From Vulcanimicrobiota bacterium (lineage in GTDB: Bacteria; Vulcanimicrobiota; Vulcanimicrobiia; Vulcanimicrobiales; Vulcanimicrobiaceae): DNA of 64,000 bases. A model generated the notes under the pieces. The model ran no database searches and had not been told where the DNA came from. It worked only from the letters and a program-made list of their open reading frames with translations. Shown one piece after another: positions 10,884 through 20,962 of this stretch (the stretch's first letter is position 1; each line of letters starts with the position of its first letter). A program made the position numbers and the translations under genes. The stretch spans positions 388,309-452,308 of the forward strand of contig CAVYEN010000002.1 in NCBI GenBank assembly GCA_963767725.1, given 5' to 3'.

Positions 10884-13379
10884 ATGGCCCAGAAACCCGG
10901 CAACAGCATCGTTCCCGCGAACCTGATCGGAATTCTGCCGCTTCAGGAAGCGGTGCTTTTTCCGCATACCGTCATTCCACTCGCTGTCGTTAAGAAGCCC
11001 GGAATACAGCTCGTCGAGGAAGCGCTGCGCGAAGGCAAACCGATCGGCCTCGTCGTCCTGCGAGATCGCGAAATCGAAGATCCCGGTCCCGACGACGTTC
11101 AGCGCGTCGGAACGATCGGCGTTATTCAGAAAATGCTCAAGGTGCCCGACGGGACGCTGCGCTGCATCGTCGCGGGACAGCAGGTTTTCAAGATCGAGCA
11201 GTTCACGCAAGTTGCGCCGTATATGGTCGCCGCCTATACCGAGCTTCCCGACGCGACGGTCGAAAACGAAGAACTGGTCGCGATGCAGCGCAACCTCGCG
11301 GGACTCTTTCAGAAGCTCCTCTCCTATTTGCCGCAAGCGCCGCGCGAGATGGAGATGGAGGTTGCCAACATCACCGACCCGGTGGTTTTGACGTACTTCG
11401 TCGCTTCGACCATGCGACTCGAGACCGCCGACCGTCAGGCGCTCCTCGAGGAACGTGATACCGCAAAGCGGATGCGCAAGCTGACGTTGCTGCTGACCAA
11501 GGAGCTCGAAGTCGTCGAGCTCGGTCATAAGATTCAAAGCGACATTCAGCGCGAGATGGAAAAGAATCAGCGCGAGTTTTACCTTCGTCAGCAATTGCGC
11601 GCCATTCAAGAGGAGCTCGGCGAGGTCGATCCTCAGCAGGCCGAGACGAACGAGCTGCGCACGAAAATCGACGCCGCGGGAATGCCGACCGACGTGAAGA
11701 AGGCCGCCGACCGGGAGCTGGATCGCCTCTCGAAAGTTCCGCAGGCCAGCCCTGAATACAGCGTCATCCGAACCTATCTCGATTGGTTGGTCACGTTGCC
11801 CTGGAACGTAGAAACGGCCGACCATATCGACATCAATGCAGCGCGCGCCATTCTCGACGAAGATCATTACGATCTCGAAAAAATCAAGGACCGAATCGTC
11901 GAATATCTCGCGGTCGGAAAGCTCAAGAAAAAGTTATCGGGGCCGATTCTCTGCTTCGTGGGACCGCCCGGCGTCGGAAAGACCTCGCTCGGCCATTCGA
12001 TCGCACGCGCGATGGGGCGCAAGTTCGTGCGCCTCTCGGTCGGCGGGGTTCACGACGAAGCCGAGATTCGCGGCCATCGGCGCACGTATATCGGCGCCAT
12101 GCCCGGCACGATCGTACGGGCGATCCGCGATGCCGGAACGCGAAATCCCGTAATGATGATCGACGAGATCGACAAAGTCGGCGCCGATTTCCGCGGCGAT
12201 CCGCAATCGGCGCTGCTCGAGGTGCTCGATCCGGAACAGAACAACAACTTCCGGGATCACTATCTCGATCTGCCGTTCGATCTTTCCTCAGTGCTCTTCA
12301 TCTGCACCGCGAATGCGCTCGACACGATTTCGCCGCCCTTGCGCGATCGGATGGAGATCATCACGCTTGCGGGATACACCGAACTGGAGAAGCTTCAGAT
12401 CGCCAAACGATATCTCGTAAAAAAGCAGCGCGAAAGCAACGGGCTGCGCGAGTCGCAGGTACAAATCAGCGATCAGGCGATTCGCTCGATCATCAACGAT
12501 TACACGCGCGAAGCGGGCGTGCGCAACTTGGAACGCGAGATCGGCACGGTCTTCCGTAAGGTCGCACGTAAAATCGCGGAGAACCCGCGCTACAAGGCGC
12601 GGGTCAAGCCCGAGAACCTTACGGAATACCTCAGTAAGCCTCGCTTCTTCAACGAAGTTCGCAAGCGAGTCGCCTCGGTCGGCGTTGCGACGGGAATGTT
12701 CTTCACCCCCGTCGGCGGCGACATCCTTTTCATCGAAACGCAGGCGATGCCGGGAACCGGGAAACTCGTTTTGACCGGTCAACTCGGCGACGTGATGAAG
12801 GAGAGCGCGCAGGCCGCCGTCAGCTTTTTACGTTCACGATCGAGCGAGCTCGGCTTACCCGACGATTACTTTGCGAAGCACGACATTCACATTCACGTTC
12901 CGGCGGGAGCGACGCCCAAGGACGGTCCCTCCGCCGGAATCGCGTTGGCAACCTCGATCGCATCGATGCTGAGCGGCATCAAAGTCGATCCCAATCTGGC
13001 GATGACCGGCGAGATCACGCTCACCGGTCAAGTCTTGCCGATCGGGGGCCTAAAGGAAAAAGTGCTCGGCGCGAAGCGTGCGGCCATCAGCAAGATCTTG
13101 CTGCCGCGCCGCAACGAGATGGATCTAGACGAGATTCCAAAAGAGGTGCGCGAAAGCATGAGCTTCGTACCGGTCGACGAGCTCTCCGAAGTTCTCTATC
13201 ACGCACTGGGCAAGCGATTGATATCGCCGGTCCCGCTTGGAGCCGAACACGCAAAGGTGAGCAACGTCGTGCCGCTTCGCCCTTCGACTACGTTGAGGGT
13301 AACGCGCGCGGCGCAGTTGAAGCGCCGTAACGGCGTCGTGAAACGCCGGGCCGCTCGTAAATCGCCGATCAAACGCTAA
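10884..13379 (+). CDS. lon: ATP-dependent Lon protease (LonA)
   Basis: 831 aa with Walker [10 protein letters not shown], a LON N-domain and the protease motif PKDGPSAG. It starts 4 nt after the hsp20 stop. Confidence 0.98.
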   Translation: MAQKPGNSIVPANLIGILPLQEAVLFPHTVIPLAVVKKPGIQLVEEALREGKPIGLVVLRDREIEDPGPDDVQRVGTIGVIQKMLKVPDGTLRCIVAGQQVFKIEQFTQVAPYMVAAYTELPDATVENEELVAMQRNLAGLFQKLLSYLPQAPREMEMEVANITDPVVLTYFVASTMRLETADRQALLEERDTAKRMRKLTLLLTKELEVVELGHKIQSDIQREMEKNQREFYLRQQLRAIQEELGEVDPQQAETNELRTKIDAAGMPTDVKKAADRELDRLSKVPQASPEYSVIRTYLDWLVTLPWNVETADHIDINAARAILDEDHYDLEKIKDRIVEYLAVGKLKKKLSGPILCFVGPPGVGKTSLGHSIARAMGRKFVRLSVGGVHDEAEIRGHRRTYIGAMPGTIVRAIRDAGTRNPVMMIDEIDKVGADFRGDPQSALLEVLDPEQNNNFRDHYLDLPFDLSSVLFICTANALDTISPPLRDRMEIITLAGYTELEKLQIAKRYLVKKQRESNGLRESQVQISDQAIRSIINDYTREAGVRNLEREIGTVFRKVARKIAENPRYKARVKPENLTEYLSKPRFFNEVRKRVASVGVATGMFFTPVGGDILFIETQAMPGTGKLVLTGQLGDVMKESAQAAVSFLRSRSSELGLPDDYFAKHDIHIHVPAGATPKDGPSAGIALATSIASMLSGIKVDPNLAMTGEITLTGQVLPIGGLKEKVLGAKRAAISKILLPRRNEMDLDEIPKEVRESMSFVPVDELSEVLYHALGKRLISPVPLGAEHAKVSNVVPLRPSTTLRVTRAAQLKRRNGVVKRRAARKSPIKR

Positions 13380-13415
13380 GCGACCAGTCCATCGCAACGT
13401 CGTTGCACGATTAAC

Positions 13416-13443
13416 CATGCGGTCATCCTTACTTGACCGCATG
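13416..13443 (+). terminator. Hairpin downstream of lon (possible terminator, no U-tract)
   Basis: CATGCGGTC-atccttactt-GACCGCATG, a 9-bp perfect stem 37 nt after the lon stop. Confidence 0.35.
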
Positions 13444-13543
13444 CGAACCGAGTTGTTACGGTGAGAGCACCTCGCCGGCGCTCCGTTAACGCCTCCGGCG
13501 GTGCCGTTGAGCACAACCTTCACCAAGTTAAAAGGAGTTCTGC

Positions 13544-14528
13544 ATGCCAACTTCTCGCGAAGCGATGGTTCGATCGCTTCTCGCTGCTACCGCATTTGCC
13601 CTGACGGCAACGATCGTCGCGGGATGCGGCGGCTCGGTAACCCCTCAAACGTCGCTCAATCAAGTGCAACAGCCAGCCGGCGCGACGTCAGTCGCGACCG
13701 CCTACACGTTCAGGACGATCAACAATCAGAAGGACCCGACCTTCAATCAGTTGCTCGGCATAAACAATTCCAGAAGTAATTGCCGGCTATTATGGGAGCG
13801 GCGCTCCGGGTCATCCGAACAAGGGATACACGGTCAAGCCGCCTTACACGCAGGCGGACTTCACGAGCCAAAACTATCCCGGTTCGGTACAAACGCAAGT
13901 CACGGCCATCAATAATCCCGGCTACACCGCCGGCTTCTGGGTCGACTCAAAGGGCGTCAATCGCGGCTTCATCCATTGGAAAGGCGTGTTTACGAGCTAT
14001 AGCGATCCCAACGTCGGCAAGGGCACGGTGACCCAGATACTGGGCCTCAACGATTCCGGCATCGCGGTCGGTTTTTACACGAACGGAGCCGGTGTGAACT
14101 TCGGCTTCCAACTGAACCACGCCACCGGCACGTTCACGCCGATCACGCCACCGGGTGCGCACAACGTCACCGCGGCCGCCATCAACAATGAGGGCAACGT
14201 CACCGGCTTCTACCTGCAGGGTAAGATGTCGATCGGCTTTCTTAAAGTTGGAAACACCTATTCGACTTTTCACTATCCAGGCTCGACGATGACGATGCCG
14301 TTTGGTATCAACGGTAATCGCTCCATCGTGGGCGCGTATGTCGACAGTAAAGGCGCGACCCACGGATTTCTTCTGACGTCGCCCCTGAAGAACGCGACGT
14401 TTCGTTCGATCGACGATCCGCACGGCGTAGGAAACACGTTCATCAACGGGATAAACCGCCAGTCCGACATGGTCGGCTTCTACGTCGGCACGAACGGAAG
14501 AACGAACGGAATGCTCATTACGCCTTAG
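13544..14528 (+). pseudogene. Repeat-containing lipoprotein (HAF-like extracellular repeats), one frame break
   Basis: Lipobox LTATIVAGC. Repeats of the type IN[ND]xGxxxG[FY]Y ... HGF occur at least 5 times. The first repeat (GINNS) is in the frame of ORF 13544 and its continuation (VIAGYYGSGAPGHPNKGY...) is in the frame of ORF 13986. The switch is near 13773. Confidence 0.65.
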
Positions 14529-14538
14529 ACAGCAAGAC

Positions 14539-14567
14539 GGCGAGCCGGTTGAGGCGGCCGGCTCGCC
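14539..14567. terminator. Bidirectional hairpin between convergent genes
   Basis: GGCGAGCCGG-N9-CCGGCTCGCC (a 10-bp perfect stem) lies between the lipoprotein stop (14528) and the selD stop (14576). The flanking T-tracts are weak. Confidence 0.6.
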
Positions 14568-14575
14568 GCTTTACC

Positions 14576-15610
14576 TCAGCGCACCTCGATGCCTTCCCCT
14601 TCGCATACTTCCCCGACCAGAGCGGCCACCGCGCCGCAGGCGCGCAACTCGCGTACGAGCACGTCTTCCGCTTCGGGCGCAACGCTGATCAGCAAGCCGC
14701 CGGAGGTCTGAGCATCGGAGAGGCCGAGGCGCACCGCCTCGCGCACGCTAGGTGAGAAACTGGTGAACTCGGCATGCGTTTTCGCATTGTGACGCGTGCC
14801 GCCCGGTACGATGCCCGCCTCGATCAGCTCGATCACGCGGTCCATGAACGGAACGGCGCTTGCGTCGAGTATCAATCGAACGCCGGACGCACGCGCCATG
14901 CCGCCGCCGTGACCCAGCAGCCCGAAACCGGTGATGTCCGTGCCTGCGTGCGCTCCCGCCGCTAACATCGCCCGCGCGGCGCCGTCGTTGAGCGTCGTCA
15001 TCGCCCGCACGGCTTCCTCGAGCTCTTGTGACCCGATGGCGCCACGTTTGAGCGCGGTCGTGAGAATTCCCGTGCCGAGCGGCTTGGTCAATACGAGTAC
15101 GTCGCCGATGCACGCGGCGGAATTCGTCACGATCTTGCGCGGATGCACGATACCGGTGACCGCCATGCCGTACTTCGGCTCCGCGTCCTTGATCGTGTGA
15201 CCGCCGATGATCGCGACGCCGGCTACGCGTGCGACGCTCGCGCCGCCTTCGAGGATACGCGACAAGATGTCGAGATCGAGGTCTTCGGGGAAGGCCACGA
15301 TATTGAGCGCGGTGAGTGGCCGCCCTCCCATCGCGTACACGTCCGATAGCGCATTAGTCGCGGCGATCCGACCGAAATCGAACGGATCGTCGACGATTGG
15401 AGTAAAGAAGTCGACGGTCGACACGAGCGCGAGATCGTCGCGCAGAAGGTAAACGCCGGCGTCGTCGCTCTTGCCGTATCCGACCAGCACGCGATCGTTG
15501 GTAGAGGTCGACACGCGCTCCATGACGCTGCGCAATTCGGCGGCGCCGAGTTTTGCCGCGCAACCGGCGCAATTCGAAAGCTCCGTCAGGCGGATGCTCG
15601 CAACATCCAT
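14576..15610 (-). CDS. selD: Selenide, water dikinase (selenophosphate synthetase), Cys-type
   Basis: MDVASIRLTELSNCAGCAAKLG aligns with E. coli [20 protein letters not shown], conserving the catalytic Cys and Lys. The rest is the PurM-like AIR-synthase fold. The TTG at 15631 in the ORF track is a less likely start. Confidence 0.93.
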   Translation of the reverse strand: MDVASIRLTELSNCAGCAAKLGAAELRSVMERVSTSTNDRVLVGYGKSDDAGVYLLRDDLALVSTVDFFTPIVDDPFDFGRIAATNALSDVYAMGGRPLTALNIVAFPEDLDLDILSRILEGGASVARVAGVAIIGGHTIKDAEPKYGMAVTGIVHPRKIVTNSAACIGDVLVLTKPLGTGILTTALKRGAIGSQELEEAVRAMTTLNDGAARAMLAAGAHAGTDITGFGLLGHGGGMARASGVRLILDASAVPFMDRVIELIEAGIVPGGTRHNAKTHAEFTSFSPSVREAVRLGLSDAQTSGGLLISVAPEAEDVLVRELRACGAVAALVGEVCEGEGIEVR

Positions 15611-15624
15611 CGAAGCAGTATTCG

Positions 15625-16725
15625 ATGTCAAGGCAACTTCTATTCCTTCCCGGGCCGGTCACCGTCGCGCAACCGGTACTCGAAGCCGCGGCGCGGCCGC
15701 TGATCAACCACCGTGGGGAAGAGTTCGCGGAGCTCAGCCAGCGCATTACCGACGCATTACGTCCGGTCTTCGGGACGAACGAAGAGGTTCTGTTACTTGG
15801 AAGTTCCGGAACCGGTGGCCTCGAGGCAGTCGTTACCAATCTCTTCTCGCCGGGGGAGCGATTGCTTTCGTGTGCGGTCGGCGCTTTCGGCAAGCGCTTT
15901 GCCGCGATTGCCGAGCGTTACGGCTGCATAGTGGAATCGCTGGAAACGCCGACGGGCGATGCGCTCGATCCCAACATGCTCAACGCCCGGCTCGATAGCG
16001 ATCCGCAGCGTCAGATTGCCGGCGTCCTCTTGACCCACAACGAAACCTCGACGGGAGTCGCATGCGACCTGGCAACGCTGGCACCGATCCTGGAGCGTCA
16101 CGGAGCAATCACGCTGGTGGATTCGGTGAGCGGGCTTGGGGCCTCGGAGTTCCGTATGGACCAATGGGGCTACGACGCCGTCGTCACGGCATCGCAGAAA
16201 GCCTTTGCGGCACCGCCCGGCGTCGCGATGGTGGCGCTGAGCGATCGGGCGTGGAAGCGGAGTGCTGCCGCGCGTATCCCCCGCTACTATTTCGATCTCC
16301 AGTACGCACGCGATGCAGCGCGCGACGGACAAACGCCGTGGACCCCGCCCATCTCGATCCTCTACGCGCTCGACGTCGCGCTACAACGTTATCACGCGCA
16401 AGGCATGAAATCGGCGTACGAGCGTCACGCACGTTTTGCGCATACCGTACGTGCTGCATTTGCGAAGATGGGTTTCACGCTGGTTTCGCGACCCGGCGCA
16501 CACTCGCCGACCGTCGTCGCTGCCTATCCGCCGCCGAGCGTCGACCCCAAGAGTCTGCTAAAGGCGTTGCGGGAGAACCATGGTGTCGTGCTCGCCGGCG
16601 GCCAGGCCGAGCTAGCCGGAAAAATCGTCCGACTCGGCACCATGGGCGACGTGAGCGAGGTAGAGCTGCTTGGCGCCATCGAGGCAATCGAACTCGAGCT
16701 GCGCGTCATAAGTGGTGTCGCCTAA
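15625..16725 (+). CDS. Class-V aminotransferase (alanine-glyoxylate / serine-pyruvate aminotransferase family)
   Basis: MSRQLLFLPGPVTV..., with a PLP-lysine context VVTASQKAF. About 366 aa from the ATG at 15625. Confidence 0.88.
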   Translation: MSRQLLFLPGPVTVAQPVLEAAARPLINHRGEEFAELSQRITDALRPVFGTNEEVLLLGSSGTGGLEAVVTNLFSPGERLLSCAVGAFGKRFAAIAERYGCIVESLETPTGDALDPNMLNARLDSDPQRQIAGVLLTHNETSTGVACDLATLAPILERHGAITLVDSVSGLGASEFRMDQWGYDAVVTASQKAFAAPPGVAMVALSDRAWKRSAAARIPRYYFDLQYARDAARDGQTPWTPPISILYALDVALQRYHAQGMKSAYERHARFAHTVRAAFAKMGFTLVSRPGAHSPTVVAAYPPPSVDPKSLLKALRENHGVVLAGGQAELAGKIVRLGTMGDVSEVELLGAIEAIELELRVISGVA

Positions 16726-17248
16726 AATACGGCAGCACGAAGGGCCGCGCGAACCACGGAATCGTCGAAAGGATCGCGTCGTCAATTGGTGCGTCGTAGC
16801 TGACGAGATAAGGCGCGAGGCGTGATTGCTGGAGACCCTCTCGGATGTCCGCTGAGAGCGGGAAAAAGAGCGCAACGAAGAGGACGAGCCATAAGAGGAT
16901 CGCCCCTTTCGCAAAGCCGATGAGCGCGCCGCCGAGCGCGTTGCCGATTCCAAGCAGCGGTAGCCTGGCGATCGTGCCGAGCAGACGTGCGACGAGCAAG
17001 ATCAAAACGTACGTGCCCAGCCCGGTCACGAACATTCCGACCACGTGTGCCGATCCCGGCCCAACCCTCACAAGCCGCTCGATCTGCGCGTCGAAGCTGC
17101 CGTTGTAAAACCACGGCGTCACGAGCGCCGCCGTTACCGCGACCGCGCCGCCGAGCTCAGAAACGAATCCGCGCGAATAACCTTTGAGCGTCGCAATGCC
17201 CAACACGATGGCGATGACCACGTCGGGCCATGCGATGCCCGCAATCAC
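16706..17248 (-). CDS. cvpA: CvpA-family membrane protein
   Basis: GTG at 17248 overlaps the pheT TGA (GTGA). VIAGIAWPDVVIAIVLGIATLKGYSRGFVSELG plus 4 TM segments is typical of CvpA. The longer ORF 16706..17833 is an artefactual extension over pheT. Confidence 0.8.
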   Translation of the reverse strand: MIAGIAWPDVVIAIVLGIATLKGYSRGFVSELGGAVAVTAALVTPWFYNGSFDAQIERLVRVGPGSAHVVGMFVTGLGTYVLILLVARLLGTIARLPLLGIGNALGGALIGFAKGAILLWLVLFVALFFPLSADIREGLQQSRLAPYLVSYDAPIDDAILSTIPWFARPFVLPYFRRHHL

Positions 17249-19572
17249 TTTCGAATCGTCGCTCCGAACCGTTCGTGTAGAGCATCGAGCACGAGCCGGA
17301 CCGCTGCATCGGCCTCTTCGTCGGTGATCGTTGCGTCGAAACGCTGCAACGTCAGGCGAATCGCAAGGCTTTTGTAGCCCGGCGCGACCTGCGTCCCCCG
17401 ATACTCGTCGAAGACGGCGACGCGCGTGCAGATCGAGCCGAGCGCAACTCCAACTGCATCCTCGAGCTCGCGGGCGGGGGTATCGGCTTCGACGACGAGC
17501 GCGACGTCGCGATATGTCGACGGAAACCTCGACGGCGCGCGGTAGTGAGGGATTTCGTACTGCGGCAGCGCGCCGACGTCGAGAATGGACAAGTACGCGT
17601 TGCCTTTGACTTCCTGCGACTTTGTCAGGCGCGGATCCACGCAACCGACGATTCCGACTTGAACGCCCTCGATCGTGACGAGGCCCGTTTTGCCGGGATG
17701 AAATCCGGACCGCACGCCGGGCGAGGTAAGCGCTGCGCGTCCGGTCACCTGGCGCAGCAGCGCCTCGCAGTCGCCCTTCAGTTTCAGAAAGCACGAATCG
17801 TGCCAGGGCGCCTCGTCGGAACTCTCGGCGCAAAAACCGAAGGCGAGCGCGGTCTCCTCGACGATGCGCTCTCGGTCCCGGCGAAAAACGTCTCCGATTT
17901 CGAAGATGTGCGCAGTCGCGTTTGCCGCCAGGTACTCGATGAATCCGGGCGCAAGTGAATCACGCAGAAAGCGTTGCTCCTCGGATTGCGGATTGATCAC
18001 CTCAATCGCGCCGGCATCTCCAAAGCGGCGAAATGAGTGCGTGACCACTTCTCGATAACCCAACCCTGCGAGCGCGCGCGCAATGCGATCCTCCAAATCG
18101 AAGGCTGCGCTCGAAATCTCGTGCGCGGGGACCGATGGCACGATGGCAGGGATGCGGTCGTACCCTTCAATGCGCGCGACTTCCTCGACCAGTTCCGCCG
18201 CAATGGTGAGATCGCGGCGCCACCCTGGCGGCGTGACGGATAGAATATCGTCCTGGACCGTCGCCACGTCGCAGCCGAGTGCGCGAAGATGCGCGGCAAT
18301 GCGCTCTGCGGGAATCGCGAGTCCTAACAGTCGGCGCACGTCGGCTGCCGGAAGCGCTATCGGCCGAGCGGTCGAGAGTCCCGCGCCGAACGAGCGCGGC
18401 GGGTATGCGGTTGCGCCCAGATCGGTCAAGAGCTGCGCCGCACGAGCTGCGCCGATATCGTTGAGCGCCGGCGGCAGCGCCTTCTCGTGTCGCGTCGAAG
18501 CTTCGCTGCGCAGCGCGAGGGCGTTGCTCGTGCGCCGAACGCGCGCGCCGTTGAAGCTGGCCGCTTCCAAAACGATCGTCGTAGTGTTAGAGTGGACCTC
18601 ACTCGCGGCGCCCCCCATCAGTCCGGCGAGACCGAGAACGTGTTCGGCGTCGGCTATTACGAGCGCTTGCGGCGAAAGCGTGCGCTCGACGCCATCGAGG
18701 GTGACGAGCTTTTCGCCTTCGCGCGCATTGCGCACGATCAACTTCATTTCGAAAATGGCGTTGGCGTCGTAAAAATGCAGCGGCTGCCCGGTCTCCAGCA
18801 TGACGTAGTTTGAGACGTCGACAAGATTGTTGATGGGGCGCTGTCCGGCCAGCGCCAGTCGAACTCGCATCCAGGCCGGCGCTCGCGCGACGCGCACGCC
18901 GTCGAAACGTTGCGCGACGAAGCGGTAACAGTCGGGCGATTCGATTTCGACCTCCGGCCTCGCGCCCTGCGGCTCCGAAGCGTCACCCGGATTGAGCAAC
19001 GACGGCACCTGCAAAGCAACGCCGTACGACGCAGCCAACTCGCGTGCGAGCCCCACAACCGACATCGCGTCGGGACGGTTGGTCGTAACCTCGACGTCGA
19101 GCACGTCAGTATCGAGGCCGAAGATCTCAACGACGTCGGCGCCTGATGCGGCTGTAGAATCGAGCTGCATGATCCCGTCTTCGAACCACGCAGGCGGCAA
19201 GGCCAGTTCTTGCGCCGAGATCATCATGCCTTGCGAAGCAACACCGCGCATCGTCCGGGCCTCGATCTCGAGGCCCGGAAGCGTCGCGCCGACGGTCGCC
19301 ACGGCAATCGTTTGTCCCGCCGCAACGTTGGTGGCGGCCGTTGCAACGGTCAGCGGGAGCGCTGATCCGACGTCGATGCGAGCCACGAACAGCCGGTCGG
19401 CATTCGGATGCTTTTCAACCGTCGCGATCTTGCCGATGACGACGCCGCCGATCTTCGGGCGCTTCTCGATCGATGCGACGGGGAAACCGAGCATTGCCAA
19501 TCGATCGGCAATCGCTTCGGTCTCGTCGGGCAGCGCGACGAACTCGCGAAGCCAGCTTATGGGGAGCCGCAC
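17245..19572 (-). CDS. pheT: Phenylalanine--tRNA ligase beta subunit
   Basis: 775 aa with an N-terminal tRNA-binding domain (MRLPISWLREF), B3/4, B5 and FDX-ACB domains. Confidence 0.98.
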   Translation of the reverse strand: MRLPISWLREFVALPDETEAIADRLAMLGFPVASIEKRPKIGGVVIGKIATVEKHPNADRLFVARIDVGSALPLTVATAATNVAAGQTIAVATVGATLPGLEIEARTMRGVASQGMMISAQELALPPAWFEDGIMQLDSTAASGADVVEIFGLDTDVLDVEVTTNRPDAMSVVGLARELAASYGVALQVPSLLNPGDASEPQGARPEVEIESPDCYRFVAQRFDGVRVARAPAWMRVRLALAGQRPINNLVDVSNYVMLETGQPLHFYDANAIFEMKLIVRNAREGEKLVTLDGVERTLSPQALVIADAEHVLGLAGLMGGAASEVHSNTTTIVLEAASFNGARVRRTSNALALRSEASTRHEKALPPALNDIGAARAAQLLTDLGATAYPPRSFGAGLSTARPIALPAADVRRLLGLAIPAERIAAHLRALGCDVATVQDDILSVTPPGWRRDLTIAAELVEEVARIEGYDRIPAIVPSVPAHEISSAAFDLEDRIARALAGLGYREVVTHSFRRFGDAGAIEVINPQSEEQRFLRDSLAPGFIEYLAANATAHIFEIGDVFRRDRERIVEETALAFGFCAESSDEAPWHDSCFLKLKGDCEALLRQVTGRAALTSPGVRSGFHPGKTGLVTIEGVQVGIVGCVDPRLTKSQEVKGNAYLSILDVGALPQYEIPHYRAPSRFPSTYRDVALVVEADTPARELEDAVGVALGSICTRVAVFDEYRGTQVAPGYKSLAIRLTLQRFDATITDEEADAAVRLVLDALHERFGATIRK

Positions 19573-19585
19573 GAAAGCTTCCTAA

Positions 19586-20620
19586 TCAAGCCAGCTGAGT
19601 TAAAAAATCGAGATCGCTATTGACGAACCGTCGAATATCGTCGACGTGGTAGCGCGCTAGCCCGAGGCGCTCGACGCCGAAGCCGAAAGCCCAACCCGAA
19701 TAGAGATTTGAATCGTAACCCACTTCTCGCAGGACGTTGGGATGCACCATTCCAGCACCGCCAAGCTCGATCCACCCCGATCCGCCGCACATGTGGCAGT
19801 CGGCACTTTTTCCCCCGCATTTTGGGCACGTCGTATCGACCTCGGCGCTTGGTTCCGTGAAGGGAAAGTATGAGGGCCGAAAGCGCACGTTCGCGGCCGG
19901 GCCAAAAAGCTCGCGACATAGCCCCGTGAGCATCCCCTTCAGATGGCCGAAATGAACGTCTTGCGCAACGAGCAGGCCCTCTATTTGATGAAACTGGAAG
20001 AGGTGACGCGCATCGACGGCGTCGCGGCGAAAGCACTTTCCAGGCGCGACGATGGCAATGGGCGGACGGTGTTGTTGCATCGTACGGATCTGCATCGGGG
20101 AGGTGTGCGGTCGCAGCAGCAACGTATCGGTGAGCCAAAAGGAATCGAAACTTTCCCGTGCAGGATGGTCGGCGGGGATATTAAGCGCCTCGAAATTATA
20201 ATAATCAGGCTCGGCTTCAGGACCGATCACGACGGCAAAGCCGTGCCGGCTGAAATAGGCGCAGCTTTCCGCGATGATGCGCCGGACCGGGTGGATTGAG
20301 CCTACCGCGGGAGAAATCGCCGGAAAGGTCACGTCGATCGCTACTGCCAGCTGCGACTCCAACGCGCTGGCCTCGAAACCGCAACGAAGCTCTTTCAGGC
20401 GCGCCTCCATTGCGGCAGCGGCATCGTTGATGGCTTCGCCGGCAAAGGGACGCTCGGGCAGCGGCAGGGTACCGATCGTGCGCCGCAGCTTTGTCACCTC
20501 GCCGTTTCTTCCGAGATAAGCCACTCGTAGGCTTTCGAGCGCTTGCTCGTCGTGGGCGTCGCTCGCATCCGCCGTAAAACGCTGCTGCAGCTGGGCAAGC
20601 CTCTCTGCCAGTTCCGTCAT
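19586..20620 (-). CDS. pheS: Phenylalanine--tRNA ligase alpha subunit
   Basis: 344 aa with class II motifs (FRRDAVDARHLFQFHQIEG, GFGVERL). Confidence 0.98.
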   Translation of the reverse strand: MTELAERLAQLQQRFTADASDAHDEQALESLRVAYLGRNGEVTKLRRTIGTLPLPERPFAGEAINDAAAAMEARLKELRCGFEASALESQLAVAIDVTFPAISPAVGSIHPVRRIIAESCAYFSRHGFAVVIGPEAEPDYYNFEALNIPADHPARESFDSFWLTDTLLLRPHTSPMQIRTMQQHRPPIAIVAPGKCFRRDAVDARHLFQFHQIEGLLVAQDVHFGHLKGMLTGLCRELFGPAANVRFRPSYFPFTEPSAEVDTTCPKCGGKSADCHMCGGSGWIELGGAGMVHPNVLREVGYDSNLYSGWAFGFGVERLGLARYHVDDIRRFVNSDLDFLTQLA

Positions 20621-20627
20621 CGCTCTT

Positions 20628-20666
20628 CCAAAGCAAAGCGCCCGGTTCGTTCTGCGTACCGGGCGC
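20628..20666 (-). terminator. Intrinsic terminator inside the pheS 5' leader (attenuator candidate)
   Basis: On the minus strand GCGCCCGGT-acgcagaacga-ACCGGGCGC (9-bp GC stem) is followed by TTTGCTTTGG and ends 8 nt before the pheS ATG. Confidence 0.7.
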
Positions 20667-20704
20667 CTCCAAAACCGCTGTAGCTTCGCCTCGCGGGCGC
20701 GACC

Positions 20705-20806
20705 TTAACTGCTACTTGGTGCCGCGTGCAGTCTTCGGTACGCAAGATACGCGTCGATCGAACCTGTTTGGGCGAAAAGCCTCCAGAAGAGATTGGACGT
20801 TGCCAT
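20705..20806 (-). other. 33-codon upstream ORF in the pheS leader
   Basis: AAGGAG (20818-20823) lies 11 nt before the ATG (20806). The peptide is MATSNLFWRLFAQTGSIDAYLAYRRLHAAPSSS, ending with TAA at 20705-20707. It has only two Phe codons. Confidence 0.3.
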
Positions 20807-20962
20807 GCGCTTGCAGTCTCCTTCTGAGCCGTCGGCTCCAGCCGGCCCACCGTCGCCTGAGTATACCATGCGACTTTTACCACGGGTAGTCTTGACTTTT
20901 TTCGACCAGAGTACTCTCTTGACAAGCTCCTTGAACGGGCACGCCCCGTCATAGAGCCAACG

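Noticed and set aside
16706-17833. Long N-terminal extensions given by the ORF track here and at 34856-36601, 20963-21940, 55635-58751, 61614-63263, 62849-63862, 46558-48102, 41861-43681, 60836-62056 and 15553-16725
   Set aside because: The extensions overlap the upstream conserved gene in another frame and are Arg/Pro/Ser-rich. Homology begins at internal start codons, often with an SD sequence or a 4-nt start/stop overlap.
20621-20962. T-box riboswitch, or an E. coli-type pheM leader-peptide attenuator, for pheS
   Set aside because: I found no GGUGGNACCGCG-like T-box core adjacent to the terminator and no clear specifier-loop context. The uORF has only 2 Phe codons among 33. The region is kept as an unexplained attenuator.
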